From: Rhodosorus marinus CCMP1338
Taxonomy: Eukaryota; Plantae; Rhodophyta
Length of the DNA: 64,000 nucleotides
Direction: 5' to 3'
Assembly: GCA_029953675.1 (NCBI GenBank)
Contig: JAMWBK010000005.1
Coordinates: 1,426,001 to 1,490,000 of the forward strand
The notes below the pieces were generated by a model. It saw only the letters and a program-made list of their open reading frames with translations, had not been told where the DNA came from and did not search any database. Both the position numbers and the translations under genes were made by a program. This document shows, one piece after another, positions 39,723-52,874 of the stretch. How positions within the stretch are numbered: the first letter of the stretch is position 1; every line of letters begins with the position of its first letter.

Positions 39723-41952
39723 ATGGTAGAATGGTGGCGAATTGTTGTTGCTGTCGTATGCTTGTGCTTATCGGGCCTGTTTTCAGGCCTGACGTTGGGG
39801 CTTTTCGCCTTGGATCTAACCGATTTGGATATCCTCCTTGATTCTGGTACTGAGAAGGAGAAAAAGTATGCCAAAAAAATTTATCCGCTTAGGAAGCGCG
39901 GGAATTATTTGCTGTGCACGCTTTTGATTGGAAATACCGCTGTCAACTCGGCGCTGGCTATTGTTACAGCTGAGCTGTTTGGAGGTGAGTACCTCTTTGA
40001 AGTCTACATCAGCCCGTAATGGAATCTGCAATGCTTCCGCTGGATTGTCTAATTTCTGGTTGCTGTTATCCGATGGTGATGTAGGAATCTCGGGTTTCCT
40101 TGCTTCAACATTTCTAATTCTCTACATTGGAGAGATTATCCCACAATCTGTTTGCCATAAATATGGACTAGTTATTGGTTCATACGCAGCTCCGTTGGTG
40201 TACCTGTTTATGCTGCTGACTTTTCCACTGTCCTGGCCAACTGCCAAAGTTCTTGATTGGTTCCTCGGAGGGGAGTCTCCTGTTAGGTTTGTTTTGAAAA
40301 TCCATACTGCGTATGTCTCTTTGCTTCTCTTAAGCTCTTCCTACTGCTCTGTTGTAGATATGATAAGACTCAGCTTCAGTCGCTAGTAACTCTCCATGGG
40401 TCGACTGCAAAAGCAACGCTCTCAGAGGACGAAACACGAATCCTGAATGCTGCTTTGATGTTTGCCCAGAAGACCATAGAACAAATCATGACACCACTAT
40501 CAAAGGTAGATCGACGACAATCGTGATACTGACACTGGCTCTCAACAGCTTAGCTTGACTGTTTGCTGTGATCCATTCCCATTCGATAGGTTTTTATGTT
40601 GGAAGTCCACCAGCACCTCGATTCGAAAAATCTGCTACTGGTGTTCCAATCTGGACATTCTAGAATTCCTGTTTACGAGAAGGATAGGCACAACATTCTC
40701 GGAGTTTTGTTTGCGAAGGATATTCTGCTGATTGACCCCGAAGATAACATCCCAATTTCGACCGTGATGAACTTTTTCAAGCGCGAGCTGAAGTATTCCT
40801 TCAATGACACGCGGTTGGACAAGATGCTCAACGAGTTCGAGACTGGTCGAGGCCACCTGGCTGTTGTACAAAAGGTTATTAACTTTGGACGAGGCGATCC
40901 ATACTACGAGACAATTGGGATTGTCACCCTAGAAGACGTCATTGAGGAACTGATTGGGTCGGAGATCGTCGACGAAACCGACGTGTACGAGAGCAATAGC
41001 TCAACGAAGAAGATGAACAGAAAGCGGTACATAGACTCGGACGTCCTTCGGCTTTTCTCGCATGATTCTTCAACCACTAGCTTGCAGGATAATGAAGTGC
41101 TAGCAGTTTCCAGCTTCCTTTCCACTCACATAGAAGAATTCTCATCTCGAAAGATCCCGGTAAGTTTGCGCCCAACTATTTGGTTTGTGAAGGCGATGGT
41201 CTGACCTTGCTATTCGACGCACGAATTCTATGTAGCCGGAAGTGCTTCGCCAACTTCTCAAAGAGTCGCGTATTGTGGAGCATAAGGAATCACCAGCCGC
41301 CGCAGCTGCAGCTGCCAGTTCTGATATTGATGACGACAAGAACATGCTTGCAGATGGAATTTCGGGTTCGGTGGTTAGCAAGGATGACGATGGACCGGAC
41401 AAGGGGATCGTTGGAACTTCGTCTCTTGAGCTAGGCGCCGAAGAATCTGATGAGCCTCTGCTGGTTTACAAACGAAACGTTCCCGCAATGGTACTAGATC
41501 TGCACCCATATGGGAATATGCACGTTGTCATAGATGCTCAACTCACATTCCCTGACACATCTTTGGCGCTGATTTGTTAGGAGGCTACACTGATCATCAC
41601 TGGTCGTTTAGAAGTATTTGCTGGGTCTGATGGAATTCATTCCGAGGTTGGACCATGGACACTACTCGGTTCGAAGGCACTGGTGAACGAACTCTATCAA
41701 GCGGACTTTACGGCCAGAGTCATTGAGTACCCCTTGCGTATGTTGAAGATTCATCGAAAACAGTACCGAAACGCTATCAACAGGACCAGAGCTGATAGCT
41801 TTGTTGGAAAGTCTTTGTTTACCCCAGCCGACTACCTGAGACCAGGTAGACCTAATTTCGAGGACGATGCGCTCGTTGGGCGTGCTCACCCGTCGTCTCG
41901 AGAGTCAAGTGATATTTACAGCGAGGATGACCGTGACGAGGACATTCCGTAG
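39723..41952 (+). CDS. CNNM: CNNM/DUF21-CBS metal transporter-like protein with C-terminal cNMP-binding-homology domain
   Basis: LSGLFSGLTLGLFALD, NYLLCTLLIGNTAVN, GEIIPQSVC, SGHSRIPVYE, GIVTLEDVIEELIGSEIVDETD. Confidence 0.9.
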
Positions 41953-42144
41953 GGTTGTTGACGCCCTTGCCACGTTTGTGAATAGTTTGTTGAGTTTGTG
42001 AAGAGCACAATAAGGGGAGCTGTTCAAGCAATTTTTTCCTTTCTGAAGTTAAAAATGGGTCACGTCAATTTCTATGATTAGTCTACAGGCTGATCTATTG
42101 TCCGAAACGCATTTTCTCGCTTAATGAGCTTGGAGCTGCGATAA

Positions 42145-44008
42145 CTAGGCGAGACTATACTTCGGGCCACCACCACCCTCAGGAACGCTCCAATTGATGT
42201 TTTGGCTAGGGTCCTTGATGTCGCAAGCTTTACAATGCAGGCAGTTCTGAGAATTTATCTGCAGCCGCTTTGAGCCGTCCTCCTTCTCGACGTACTCGTA
42301 TACCTTAGCTGGGCAGTATCTACAATGGCAACAACATTGACGACCAGCAGCTTAGATTAGTTTGTGGAAGCATTGGCGTCGAAAATGGAAGATATTCTCA
42401 ACTGGGTTTGGCCGCAGGTTTTCGTCCTTTTTATGCCTACCTCTGCTCCGGGCCGTCGTAAACAGCAAGGTTTAGTGAGTTCATGCGTGCAGCGTCTCCG
42501 ACCTTGAGATGGACTGGCTCATCGTGGTTGTGGTTTGTTCCACTCAATGCGAGGTTCGACAACAGGTCAAAAGTGAGCTTGCCGTCCTTTTTCGGGTACT
42601 CAATTGGTTTGTATTTGCTGGCTGCTCCAGTGCTTTCGTGATCAGCCTCTCCGTGCTTGAGGGTTACACCATGCCATCTACCCTTTGACACATAGGCTTC
42701 AACTCCTGACACGGCGAGCCCGGGCAGCATACCATACTGAAACGCAGGTCGGTAGTTTCGAACGGCGTGCAGCTCGCTGTATACCCAACTCCCTTTTAGT
42801 GCCTCCTCGTATCCTTCTAACGAAGTAGTGCTCTCCTCCATGGCAGACGTGACAGAATCTGCTGCAAGAATGCCGCTTTTCATTGCCGTATGCGTTCCCT
42901 TAATCTTCGGTACATTCAGAAATCCAGCAGCACAGCCAAGCAGAGCCCCGCCGGGAAAGTAGAGCTTGGGAATACTCTGAACACCTCCCTCGTTGAGTGT
43001 CCGAGCTCCGTACTGAATCACCTGCCCTCCCTCGAACGTGCTCCGCACCGTAGGATGCGTCTTCCACCTCTGGAACTCCTCATATGGAGACATGTACGGA
43101 TTTTTGTAGTCGAGGCTCACGACAAAGCCCGTTGCAACGCGGTTCTCGTCCATGTGATATAGGAAAGCCCCGCCGTATGTCCAGTAATCCAAAGGCCACC
43201 CGATAGTGTGCATGATGGTTCCTGCCTTGTGCTTGCTTGGGTCAATTTCCCAGACCTCTTTGATACCTAGTCCATACGTTTGATGCTGAGCATCCTTGCG
43301 AAGATCAAACTTGTCGACCACCTGCTTCGTCAGCGATCCTCTTGCGCCTTCTGCCAGAAGAGTATAACTCCCTTCTATTTCAACGCCGCGTTCGTACGTG
43401 CTCTTATGCGTGCCATCCTTGCCAATTCCGAAGTCCCCCGTGGCAACCCCTCGAACCGTTCCTCGCTCGTCATAAAGTAGCTCGGAACCTGAAAATCCCG
43501 GATATATCTCAACACCAAGCGCTTCGGCCTTGCTCCCTAGCCATCTCGACAGCTGCGACAAGGAGATTACATAGTTGCTGGCATTGTGCATAGGTGGGGG
43601 TACGGGAAGCCGAATCCCAAATCCTTTGAAAAGCCAGTAAAATCTGTCATCCACTCCTCCCTTCAGTTTCACTGGACAGGTCTCGTCGTTCCTCCAGTCG
43701 GGAAGGAGCTCAGAAAGTCCCCGAGGATCGAGAACATTCCCAGATATAATATGAGCCCCGACCTCTGAGCCCTTCTCCAGCACACATACAGAGACGTCCT
43801 GGTCCTTCTTCTGAGCGTTCTGCTTTAGTCTAATCGCTGCACTCAAGCCCGCAGGACCACCACCAACAATAACAACGTCATATTTTCCCATGGACTCCCT
43901 AGCCGGGAGTTCGTTTGCCCCCTCAGGAGCCCCTCCGGATGAAAAACCCCTCCCATTCAACCTCGTCAATCCGCGCAAACCGCGTGAGCAAACCCTCAGC
44001 CCATTCAT
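42145..44008 (-). CDS. ETFDH: Electron transfer flavoprotein-ubiquinone oxidoreductase; 2 exons
   Basis: [71 protein letters not shown]. Mitochondrial-type presequence. Confidence 0.97.
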
Positions 44009-45122
44009 CCCGCCAGCTTTTCCTATCCACTCATCCAGGAAACTTATAGGAGGACAAAAGAATTTCACGGGTTTCCACCAGCCTTAAGAAAAACAAAAAA
44101 AAAACTCAACGAGACGACTATGAACTTACTCAACTAAGAACACGAAGGCACAAACAGCTCAGTTAGAGAGAAACTAACATAGCAAAATGACTACTCATGA
44201 ACCCCTTCTTCCTGAACTGTGGAAACCCTCCACCCTCCCAAAACGGAGGAGGGCTTTTCTGAGAGCGCTTTCCACCACGCCGGTTGGGAAGCGTGAGGTT
44301 ACACGCCCTCTACTTTCGCGACTCAGCAATATCTTAGGAGTTTGGTCCTCTTAATTATCAGGTGATTTGATCTTCTAGGTAGTGTAGGTTGTCACTAGCT
44401 TCATGGCCTCTTTCGTAGCGACCGGGCTGGTCTTGATAGTCTCGTCACGGAGCTGTGGTTTACTAACTAGTTTATACGGCGGGTGCGAGTTCGAGGACAG
44501 GGAAAGGGAAGTCACAAGTTTGCTACTACGACTAACACTTATTGGTACTCTCATGGCTATGAAGTGCCACCCAAGACTTGTCCCTCAGGAGCGTGCGGTT
44601 CATCGCTCATGAGCTTTGCTCCTGACGGTAGGCTCGGAGTCCGCGCGAACAGCCAAGGATATTGTGAATTCATGACCCTTTTTGTGCTCTGACTATGGGA
44701 TCCCTTCGCGCTACAGATTCTCTTGAACCCTTCCCAGTCCGAAACCCGACTCAACTTGCTAGTAGTGGCGCTTGGAGCATCAAGGGACTTTCGGCGCAAT
44801 GAAATCACTGTCATGGGACGCTGAGGGTATGCTCCTGTTCGTTGCTTGCGCTGTATGCTTCCCAGTCTCCAGTTTCTAGGAGCCAATCTGGTATTCAGTA
44901 GAAGCAATGCTCTGGTTAAGGCAAAAGGTCAACACAATGACCCTGGAGTTTATGTCAAGAGTTAGATAGACTGTTCAAATTCTTTCTCACATCAGGTTCG
45001 CTAATCTGTGCCTAGATTTCTGAGCTGAAAGTTGTCCAAACTCCCTTTTAAGTACCGTGACAACGTCGTGGACCGTCTCACAGTGAAGCCTGCCCCACCT
45101 ACCCAGCTCTCTCGTTCTCCGC

Positions 45123-46544
45123 TTAAATAGACCTTCCAGACTTCAACCGTGGGTAGAAGAGAGCAGTTATGACCAAGGTGAGGGTCATGTAAATAGCCAT
45201 TTCACTGAACACGGAAAGTCTTCCAAAGTTATTCCAGCTGATGCCGGCCGCTGTTGCGAACAACAACCTCGCCAGGCTTCCTGCAGCTGAAAACAGCCCA
45301 AGAAATCCTCCCGCCGGAAGCCCTGCCAAAACCTTCGAGAACAGACCGAGGATAGCAGTTTGGCCCACCGGATACGAAATGCTCCAGATCAGACCAAGGA
45401 CGGAGACCCAGACGACGATAGGCATTTGATCAGCGAAAAGGAGGAACAACACACTCGCAACAACCGCGACGACTAGTCCAACAAGGACCAGGAGCCGATC
45501 GCTGAAAGCCCTTGAAATTGGCTTGAACGACACGTAAACAATCAAACCAATGAATCCCAAGCAGGAGACGTAGTACGAGGCGGTTGACAGAGACACGGAG
45601 AACTTCTCCATTATAAACGGTGCGGCTACGGTCTCGAGCTGCGCAACGATTCCTCTGAAAGCAACGTTGATGACGAGGCATACAGAAAGCGCAACGAAAT
45701 CTGGCCTCGCTCTAGTAGATACACTTGAACCGTTCCTATTTGAGGCTGTTGCGGAAGAAGCCGTTGCGTTCTGCGCCGAATTCGGTGGTGGGTCCTCATA
45801 CATGGTCATCAGCACCGCAATCGCGATGATATTGGCGAGTATTAGAAAATAGCCCGGGTATCGGTACTCGTTCAGACTGAATGCTCCATGTCCAATCTCC
45901 GGGAGGGTCGCCATCAGTCCCCCTGCTCCTGGAAGGCACGCGAACCCGACAAACTGCAACGCTGAGAGGTACGCAAAATGGTAGGTTCTACGTTCTCGCG
46001 GAAGGGATCTCGTGACATGCGCCCTGCAGACACTCATTGTGGCGGATCCAAAGCCGATTACTGTTCGCGCAAGCAGCACAGCCCATTTGTTCATTGCTCC
46101 GGTGTACATAACGTTGCCTAATATCTGTAAGAAGCTGCACGCAACTAACACGATCTTCATCGAGAAGTTGTCAGACAAGAACCCCAATGGTACTGTGGAA
46201 ATCATTCTCCCGAAAGAAAAACTTGCAACCAGCACCCCGAGAAACGATTTCGACCCGTGCAGCGTCTCCAAGAAGGGCCACTGCGACGGTAAGACAAGTC
46301 CCCGCGAACCTTCAGAGACCAAAGTAACCCAGTACACTACCACCAACGAGATCCAATCCAGGTTCCCTTGCTCTCGACCGCGAAGCCCGGTCCAAGCATT
46401 CGCGAGGTTCTCTCGAGAACTGCTGAATAACGAAGCGTAGTACGATGAACTCGCTCGGACTTCCTGAGGGTTCTCTAAGTTATCCGCATTCAGAGCGCCA
46501 TATCCGTCCGGAACCTTCTTATCTAACAATCCCTCAGCATCCAT
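45123..46544 (-). CDS. Major facilitator superfamily transporter, MFSD8/CLN7-like; intronless
   Basis: About 12 hydrophobic helices; FSFGRMISTVPLGFLSD, LLARTVIGFG, LFSKVL. Confidence 0.85.
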   Translation of the reverse strand: MDAEGLLDKKVPDGYGALNADNLENPQEVRASSSYYASLFSSSRENLANAWTGLRGREQGNLDWISLVVVYWVTLVSEGSRGLVLPSQWPFLETLHGSKSFLGVLVASFSFGRMISTVPLGFLSDNFSMKIVLVACSFLQILGNVMYTGAMNKWAVLLARTVIGFGSATMSVCRAHVTRSLPRERRTYHFAYLSALQFVGFACLPGAGGLMATLPEIGHGAFSLNEYRYPGYFLILANIIAIAVLMTMYEDPPPNSAQNATASSATASNRNGSSVSTRARPDFVALSVCLVINVAFRGIVAQLETVAAPFIMEKFSVSLSTASYYVSCLGFIGLIVYVSFKPISRAFSDRLLVLVGLVVAVVASVLFLLFADQMPIVVWVSVLGLIWSISYPVGQTAILGLFSKVLAGLPAGGFLGLFSAAGSLARLLFATAAGISWNNFGRLSVFSEMAIYMTLTLVITALFYPRLKSGRSI

Positions 46545-47636
46545 CTCTGGTCTTTTTCTCCCCCTCCCAAAAAATTTCACAGATCTACAACAACCGACGA
46601 TAAGAGCAATAATAATACAAAACACCACTTTTATGTGTCGCCTCAGCGAACGACCAAATCACACAAGAAAGCAAAAGCACGATACGCTTACAATCAGGCC
46701 ATCCGCAACCAGCCCGCCAATCCTCCCTCCTCCCTCCTGCCCAACACCCGAGCAAACCATTGCCTCGCAATTCCTCCTTCCATCCCAACGGAAATTCTTC
46801 CTATCACCACATCGCCAACGGCGAAATCAGCGATGAATTAGAGCAATTCGCTACCAATACAGCCTGCAAATAAATATTCACTTTACAAGAGGAATAAAAG
46901 AAACAGTCCAGCGCAAGTTCCATTGAATAATCAAGGAAGGACACGTGCTATAGTATAATTAGCTTTTGGTTTTCGTGTGGAACGCTTGGTGATACTTAAT
47001 TGGATACTATTTCGGAAATGACGCGTGGTCTTGTTTTATTGGTATTTAGGTTTCAATGGAAGTTTGAGTGTCAGAGTGGGTGGGACACCGCGTGGGCTTG
47101 GACTCTGACAGGCGTGTGAAGGTCATTCGTGAGTTGAAACAAGAAAATACGTGAAATGGAGGAGAGTTAAGAATTACTGACTGCTACTCCTGCCCCTCAT
47201 CGATGGCACTCTGTCTCGCAACGAACGTTGCTGTGTGAGGACCAGGACCTAAAGAGTAGCGAACGAGGAATCTCCATAGTTTGGGGATATAGGTGAGCTC
47301 GGACTCCCAAGCATAGCGCCAGGCGATGGCTCTGCGTATGGGACCCTGCTCTTCATGGCGCAGTTAACGAGGAGGTATACAACCCCGACGGCAAGAGCAC
47401 CCGGAGTGAAGATTGGTTTGGGCTCGTTCAGGTGCAGAATGTGCTGGCAAGGTTACCTCACAAACTATGGTACAGTCGGATAGGTACTGTTGAGACGGTT
47501 GCGGGTCGCTTTGATGAGAACACACAGACAGCAACCAAATGTCGCAGTTTGGGCGTGTTTTAATTTGAATCTTGTTGCTTTAGTGTAAGTATCAGATGAG
47601 GAGCCTGAGCTCTTGAACCTGGATGCTGTTTTAGTA

Positions 47637-48648
47637 ATGGTAGCGAGTGCGAACCAGAGATTTCACGGAAAAGTTGTTGCAGTGACTGCATCAACTGACG
47701 GGATTGGGTATGCCACGGCCAGGCGTCTTGGAGACGAAGGCGCGACGGTTGTTATTTCCTCAAGAAAGCAGCGCAATGTTGACCGCGCTCTCGCTCAGCT
47801 GCGAGCCGATGGTATCCCGGTCGTTAAGGAATTGCACCAGGGTTTGCCCGCGGGGAGTACTGATCAGAGTTTGTTCTCTCGTTTTTAGGAATAAAAGCAG
47901 ATGGTCTGACCTGCAATGTCGGTAGGAAGGAAGACCGGGAGAGGCTTAGGGATTTCATTGAGCAAAAACACGGAAGACTAGACGGCCTGGTTCTGAACGC
48001 TGCCGCGAGTCTGCATTTTGGTCCCGCGCTGGAGACGTCGGAGGCAGCATGGGACAAAACTTTCGATGTGAATGTCAAGTCCACGTTTCTCTGTTGTCGA
48101 GACCTACTTCCACTGTTGGAATCTGGGGGTTTGTGATTGAGTTTCTAGCTTTTTGTTGCGCCCTTGTCGTACCCTTCCATCTGAGCCTCAGATACCAGTC
48201 TTCCACATGTTCCTGATGCAGGCTCTATAGTAATTGTAGGCTCAATAACTGGCTTCGAGCCGGACAGCAACATTGGAGCATACTCCATCACGAAAACTGC
48301 GCTCTTGGCCTTGTCAAGAGTTCTAGCGAAGGAGTTGTCCTCACGGGAGATCAGAGTAAGTAACAGATTCCACTTTCATATCTACGGACCAGGAGGCAAC
48401 CGCACTTCAATCTAAAACTGAGTCGTCTCGACTGGCTTGACCAGGTGAACTGTATTGCTCCAGGAATCATCAGGACTCGGTTCAGCGAACCTTTAGTACA
48501 CGCTGGCTTGCCCAAGAACATGATCATTGACCGGCTAGGGAGACCGGAGGAAATTGCGGCATCCATAGCCTTCCTAGTAAGCGACGATTCGTCTTACATG
48601 AGTGGAGAGAGCCTGACGGTCTCCGGCGGAATGCAGAGTCGGCTTTAA
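47637..48648 (+). CDS. DHRS4: Peroxisomal short-chain dehydrogenase/reductase (DHRS4-like)
   Basis: [20 protein letters not shown] catalytic motif, [16 protein letters not shown]-terminal PTS1 SRL. Confidence 0.88.
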
Positions 48649-48750
48649 GTATGCTGGATGCTATTCCCCGTAGAGCATTTTGCTTTACTGTTTTAAGTAG
48701 GAATCACTTTTCACCACGGGCTGTGCACGGCGAGCGATGAATAAAAACGG

Positions 48751-49497
48751 CTATTTCAGCAGTCTGAACTTTTTGAAATAGGGCTGGATCTCGCTCTTGT
48801 GATATGGCTGGCGTGTTTCGTTGATGTCACATCGATTGTTTTCAGATGATAGGCGACATGGAGTATTGGTTAGCTGTGTGTTTTGCTGTTATAGCATGCG
48901 GGGTGGAACGTGCGGTGGGGCACAACAGTGCTCGCGCTACGCTCACCTTCGTCGCAAGTGCTGTGCAGATATTTTCAGGATGTTCTCGCCAGAGCGCGTA
49001 TGACTTGTCCGCGTTATCGAGTGTTTCCGCGAGCTTTATCATTTCCGCTTCGTTCTTCGCACCGAGCACGACAGTATGCATCTAATTCGAAGGAAGCCAT
49101 CATCGAATTAGCTCTTGAGTCCGGGCTTCCGGTTACGTATACTGCTCTTCAATGCTGTCGGCAAGGAGTATCCTAAACTAACCTGATTGGAAATGTCTCC
49201 ACTGAATGAAGCTGAGGTTTCCAAACCTCCTGATTGACTACAGTATTTTTTAGTATCCTCGTCTTCTCTGTACGTCCACAAGGCACCCACAGCAGCATGC
49301 ACCCCTTGCGTAATCACACTGCCGAGCGGCCATTGCATATCAGTCATCAAGTCACGTCGCACCAGAACGTACTGGAGCATCGGCTCCTCGTCCAAAGACC
49401 CAGCAGCTGACATAACGTTTACCCTCTGTCGAGAGCAGATCTGTTCAGATCGGCGAAGTACCAACGAACTTCCAGTTGACCTCAGGAACGCGACCAT
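48751..49497 (-). CDS. PTRHD1: PTH2-family peptidyl-tRNA hydrolase domain protein with N-terminal transit peptide; 3 exons
   Basis: LQYVLVRRDL...WPLGSVITQGVHAA, MHTVVL, LWREHPENICTALATKPYHKSEIQPYFKKFRLL. Confidence 0.85.
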
Positions 49498-49718
49498 TCG
49501 TTAACAATGTGGATCACTTATTCCAGCCCCATGAGCACGACACCAGAGAGATCTTCACATCACAAAGATGCAGACCGGGAACTAAGCTATCATTTCATCT
49601 CTCTCGATCCAGTTCCGATCTCATCAGACCTTACCTCCAAGCCAGGTTTTTTTTAGCGTCATCCAATAATATGTTTTACGACATAGATTTATTTATACAA
49701 ATTGTGTATTTTGGAAAA

Positions 49719-50650
49719 TTAATTTAGGTAAATACCGTGAAGCATACCCAAAATATTTATGACGCTTAAGATGTTTTTATACATAGACCTTGCTGCAAAG
49801 AAAGTTGGCATGGCGAGCTCGAGTTCTTTCTCTCTGCTTTTTAACGCGTTAAGTAACACAGAAGTTTGTACGTGGTGTTGAAAACTTCTGGACCTACGCG
49901 TCCGCCATTCTAACTCCCTGTAGCCCTGCAGCACGTTGTCTGGGTCGAGGTCCATTGCACGTTTTGCGATTGCAGTGTATCTACCGTGTCGAAAAAGCTC
50001 TCGATCTCTGCAATTCTTCCTTCTAGACTGCACCTAGTATGAGTCGAGGTCTTCTGCATATTTTTTTTCTCTACCGTACTAGAAAGGCTATAGATCTCAG
50101 TCCGCCATTCGTCTTCTCGTTAGCACTCCGTACAGGTCGAAATCCTCAGGAAAAACTCACCTCCTTGATTCTATGGGAGTTGTGGAAAATGGTAATAGCT
50201 CCTCATTCTGTTCTATGTGTAGTTCACTAACGGACAAGAAGATACAAAAACTTGTAACAATTCTCCTCATCAACTGTTCCTGTGGTTCTGGTGCGGTTCT
50301 GGTGCGGTTCTCGTTCAATCCTCTTCGATCGAGTTTGTTGAAAGAAACTGAGACTGAGTCCGCGTTGGACTCGATTGACTAGCTCACCAGATGCCCCTCC
50401 CAGATTCTGTCATCTACTCCAAATCAGATAACGATCAACATCAAGCTTAAATCAGCTTGTTCTTTCCAGCTGTCTCCTCAGCGCCTAGACTACTTGGGGT
50501 AGTTCCCCTTTTGCTAAGTAAGCGCCTTCCTCGTTTTTTCACTGGGGCTCGCACTGTCTTCCGTTGTCTTTGCATTCTCCGCGAAGAATTTCAGAGTCTA
50601 GCTATTTTGAATAGCCAGCCTCTGCCTCTGAAGCATGGGTTTGTCCAAAC
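49719..50650 (-). CDS. Possible multi-exon hypothetical protein
   Basis: Minus-strand open segments bounded by GT-AG sites (e.g. ...QEQLMRRIVTSFCIFLSVSELHIEQ...) plus ORF 49719-50033. The frame joins were not resolved. Confidence 0.25.
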
Positions 50651-50811
50651 CTCAATCAAAGTAGTTGCTTCAGATCGTTTAGGTTTGATCAGCATTTGAC
50701 ATTTGCGAAACCGATAAAATGTGGTCCACTCATTGTGTTAAGCAGTTCAACTGTTTGCTTTTCAGAATCCGTTGAAAGGGATGAGAAGGATCAATACGAA
50801 AAGCGGCTGTA

Positions 50812-52874
50812 ATGCAAGGGTTTGTGGGTCTTTGGAAGCATCAAGTGGGTGTTAGAGGAACGACACGGAGTATATGCGGTCGCGAGGTTGATCGTATGCT
50901 TCGGGTGAGTCGTCGCCTGATGAGTATGGTGGACGAAACGCGGATTTCTAGATTGAACGACGAGGATGTGAGAGGAAATGGAAAGTTTGTTCTGTATTGG
51001 ATGCAGGAATCTGTTAGGTCGAGGTACAATCATGCCCTGGAGTACGCTGTAGAGCGAGCGAATGAGGTCAAGGTACCGCTGCTAGCCGTTTATGGTGTTG
51101 ACGAATCATTCCCGGAGACTAACGAGAGGCACAAGGCCTTCCTCTTGGAAGGGCTCGCAGAAGCTCAAAAAAATCTTGGGCGACGAGGCATTAAGCTTCT
51201 GATTGTGAACCACCCACCGAAGGAGACTGTCAGCAAACTGCAGAAAGACGCTGCGTGTGTTGTAGTTGACAGAGGATATGTGAGAATAGTGAGGGAGTGG
51301 AGACAGGAAGTAGCAGAAGCAAGTACTTGTGCGGTCTTCCAAGTAGAGACTGATGTTGTTGTTCCCGTCGAAGTGACATCCAATAAGGAGGAGACCGCAG
51401 CCAGGACTATTCGAAAAAAGATTGAGGGCCGCTTGGACACGTATCTGAAGAAAGTTCAGGAGGTTCCGCTTGAGCATGACTCTCCAGAAAACGTTGACCT
51501 GCATGGATTACAGCTACTGGACATTAGCGACATAGAAAGTGCATTGGCATCGCTTTCTTTGGATTGTTCCGTTTGGAGGGTGCGTTGGTGCACTCGGGTC
51601 TCTGGATGCGGAGCTCACCAATACCTGTGGAAAACGCAGGTGATCTGTTGAAAGGCGTTCAACTGACTAAGTTTTATCTGTTCTCGCAGGTGAAAACTTT
51701 CCTAGGAGGTGAAGATCAAGCCTCAAAGCAACTCCAGCTGTTCTTGGATACAAGACTCAAGCATTACGGAAAGCGGAACGAACCCAGTGTTGACATCACA
51801 TCGAATATGTCCCCGTATCTTCACTATGGCAATATTTCTCCTATTGAGATCGCCCTCAAGGTATGAAGCAAGAGCCCAAGTCCAAGCGCTTCCTACTTCT
51901 TAACGCGTCCGTTTGTGTTCTGCAGGTGCGGCCACTGAGGAAAAAGTATCCGGACGAAGTGAAGTCCTTTCTAGAAGAGCTTATTGTCCGGCGTGAGCTC
52001 GCGTTTAATCTCGTCTTTTACAATGATGCGTACGACAGTTTTGATGTAATCCCGAATTACGCGAAAATCACGTTGATGGAGCACGCTGATGACAAGCGGC
52101 CGTACCTATACACAGAGGAACAGCTGGAGCGAGCTATGACCCATGATATTTACTGGAATGCTGCTCAGGCAGAAATGGTTCTCACTGGAAAAATGCATAC
52201 TTACATGAGAATGTACTGGGGCAAGAAAATCCTTGAATGGACTTCTGGCCCCAGAGAGGCTTTCGATATTGCTCTAAGGTACCGTATACTATACTTATCA
52301 CTTCTATTGTAACAAACCAGGACCTTCTAAGCCAAACGACGTGCTCCGTCTTGTTTTGTCGCCCTCAGGTTGAACAACAAGTACAATATTGATGGAAGAG
52401 ATCCTAACTCGTTCACAGGCATCGCGTGGTGTTTCGGGTAAGGTGACAGCTTTGAGGCGATTGCCTGATGCGAGAAGCTTACTCAGACAGGTCCTGCAGC
52501 CGCTAATCCTTCGTAAAATTTCATCCTGTAGGAAGCATGATCAAGGCTGGGCGGAGCGAGAGATTTTCGGCAAAGTCAGGTACATGAACAGTGCTGGACT
52601 GGAGAGGAAGTTCGATATGAAAGTAAGCTGGAAGCTCTGATTTTCAACCACACGATTAATTGAAAGCTCAGCAGCCATGCGATGGCTGAAGTTAACACGC
52701 TCCCTGAATCTTTAGGGATATGTTCGTAGGATAAATAAGATCCGAAGTGGCCACGAAGGCTGGGAGAACCCACCAGGCTTATTGAAGTATTTCAACAAAC
52801 GCTCAGCAGATTTGAACGGGTTGTCCAAACCCAGCAAAAGAAGGAACAACAAGCGTTCGGGGCTACCGTTCTAA
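50812..52874 (+). CDS. PHR1: Class II CPD photolyase; about 6 exons
   Basis: [95 protein letters not shown]. Confidence 0.95.

Noticed and set aside
44188-44907. Short ORFs on both strands between ETFDH and the MFS gene
   Set aside because: No recognisable motifs and no consistent splice model.
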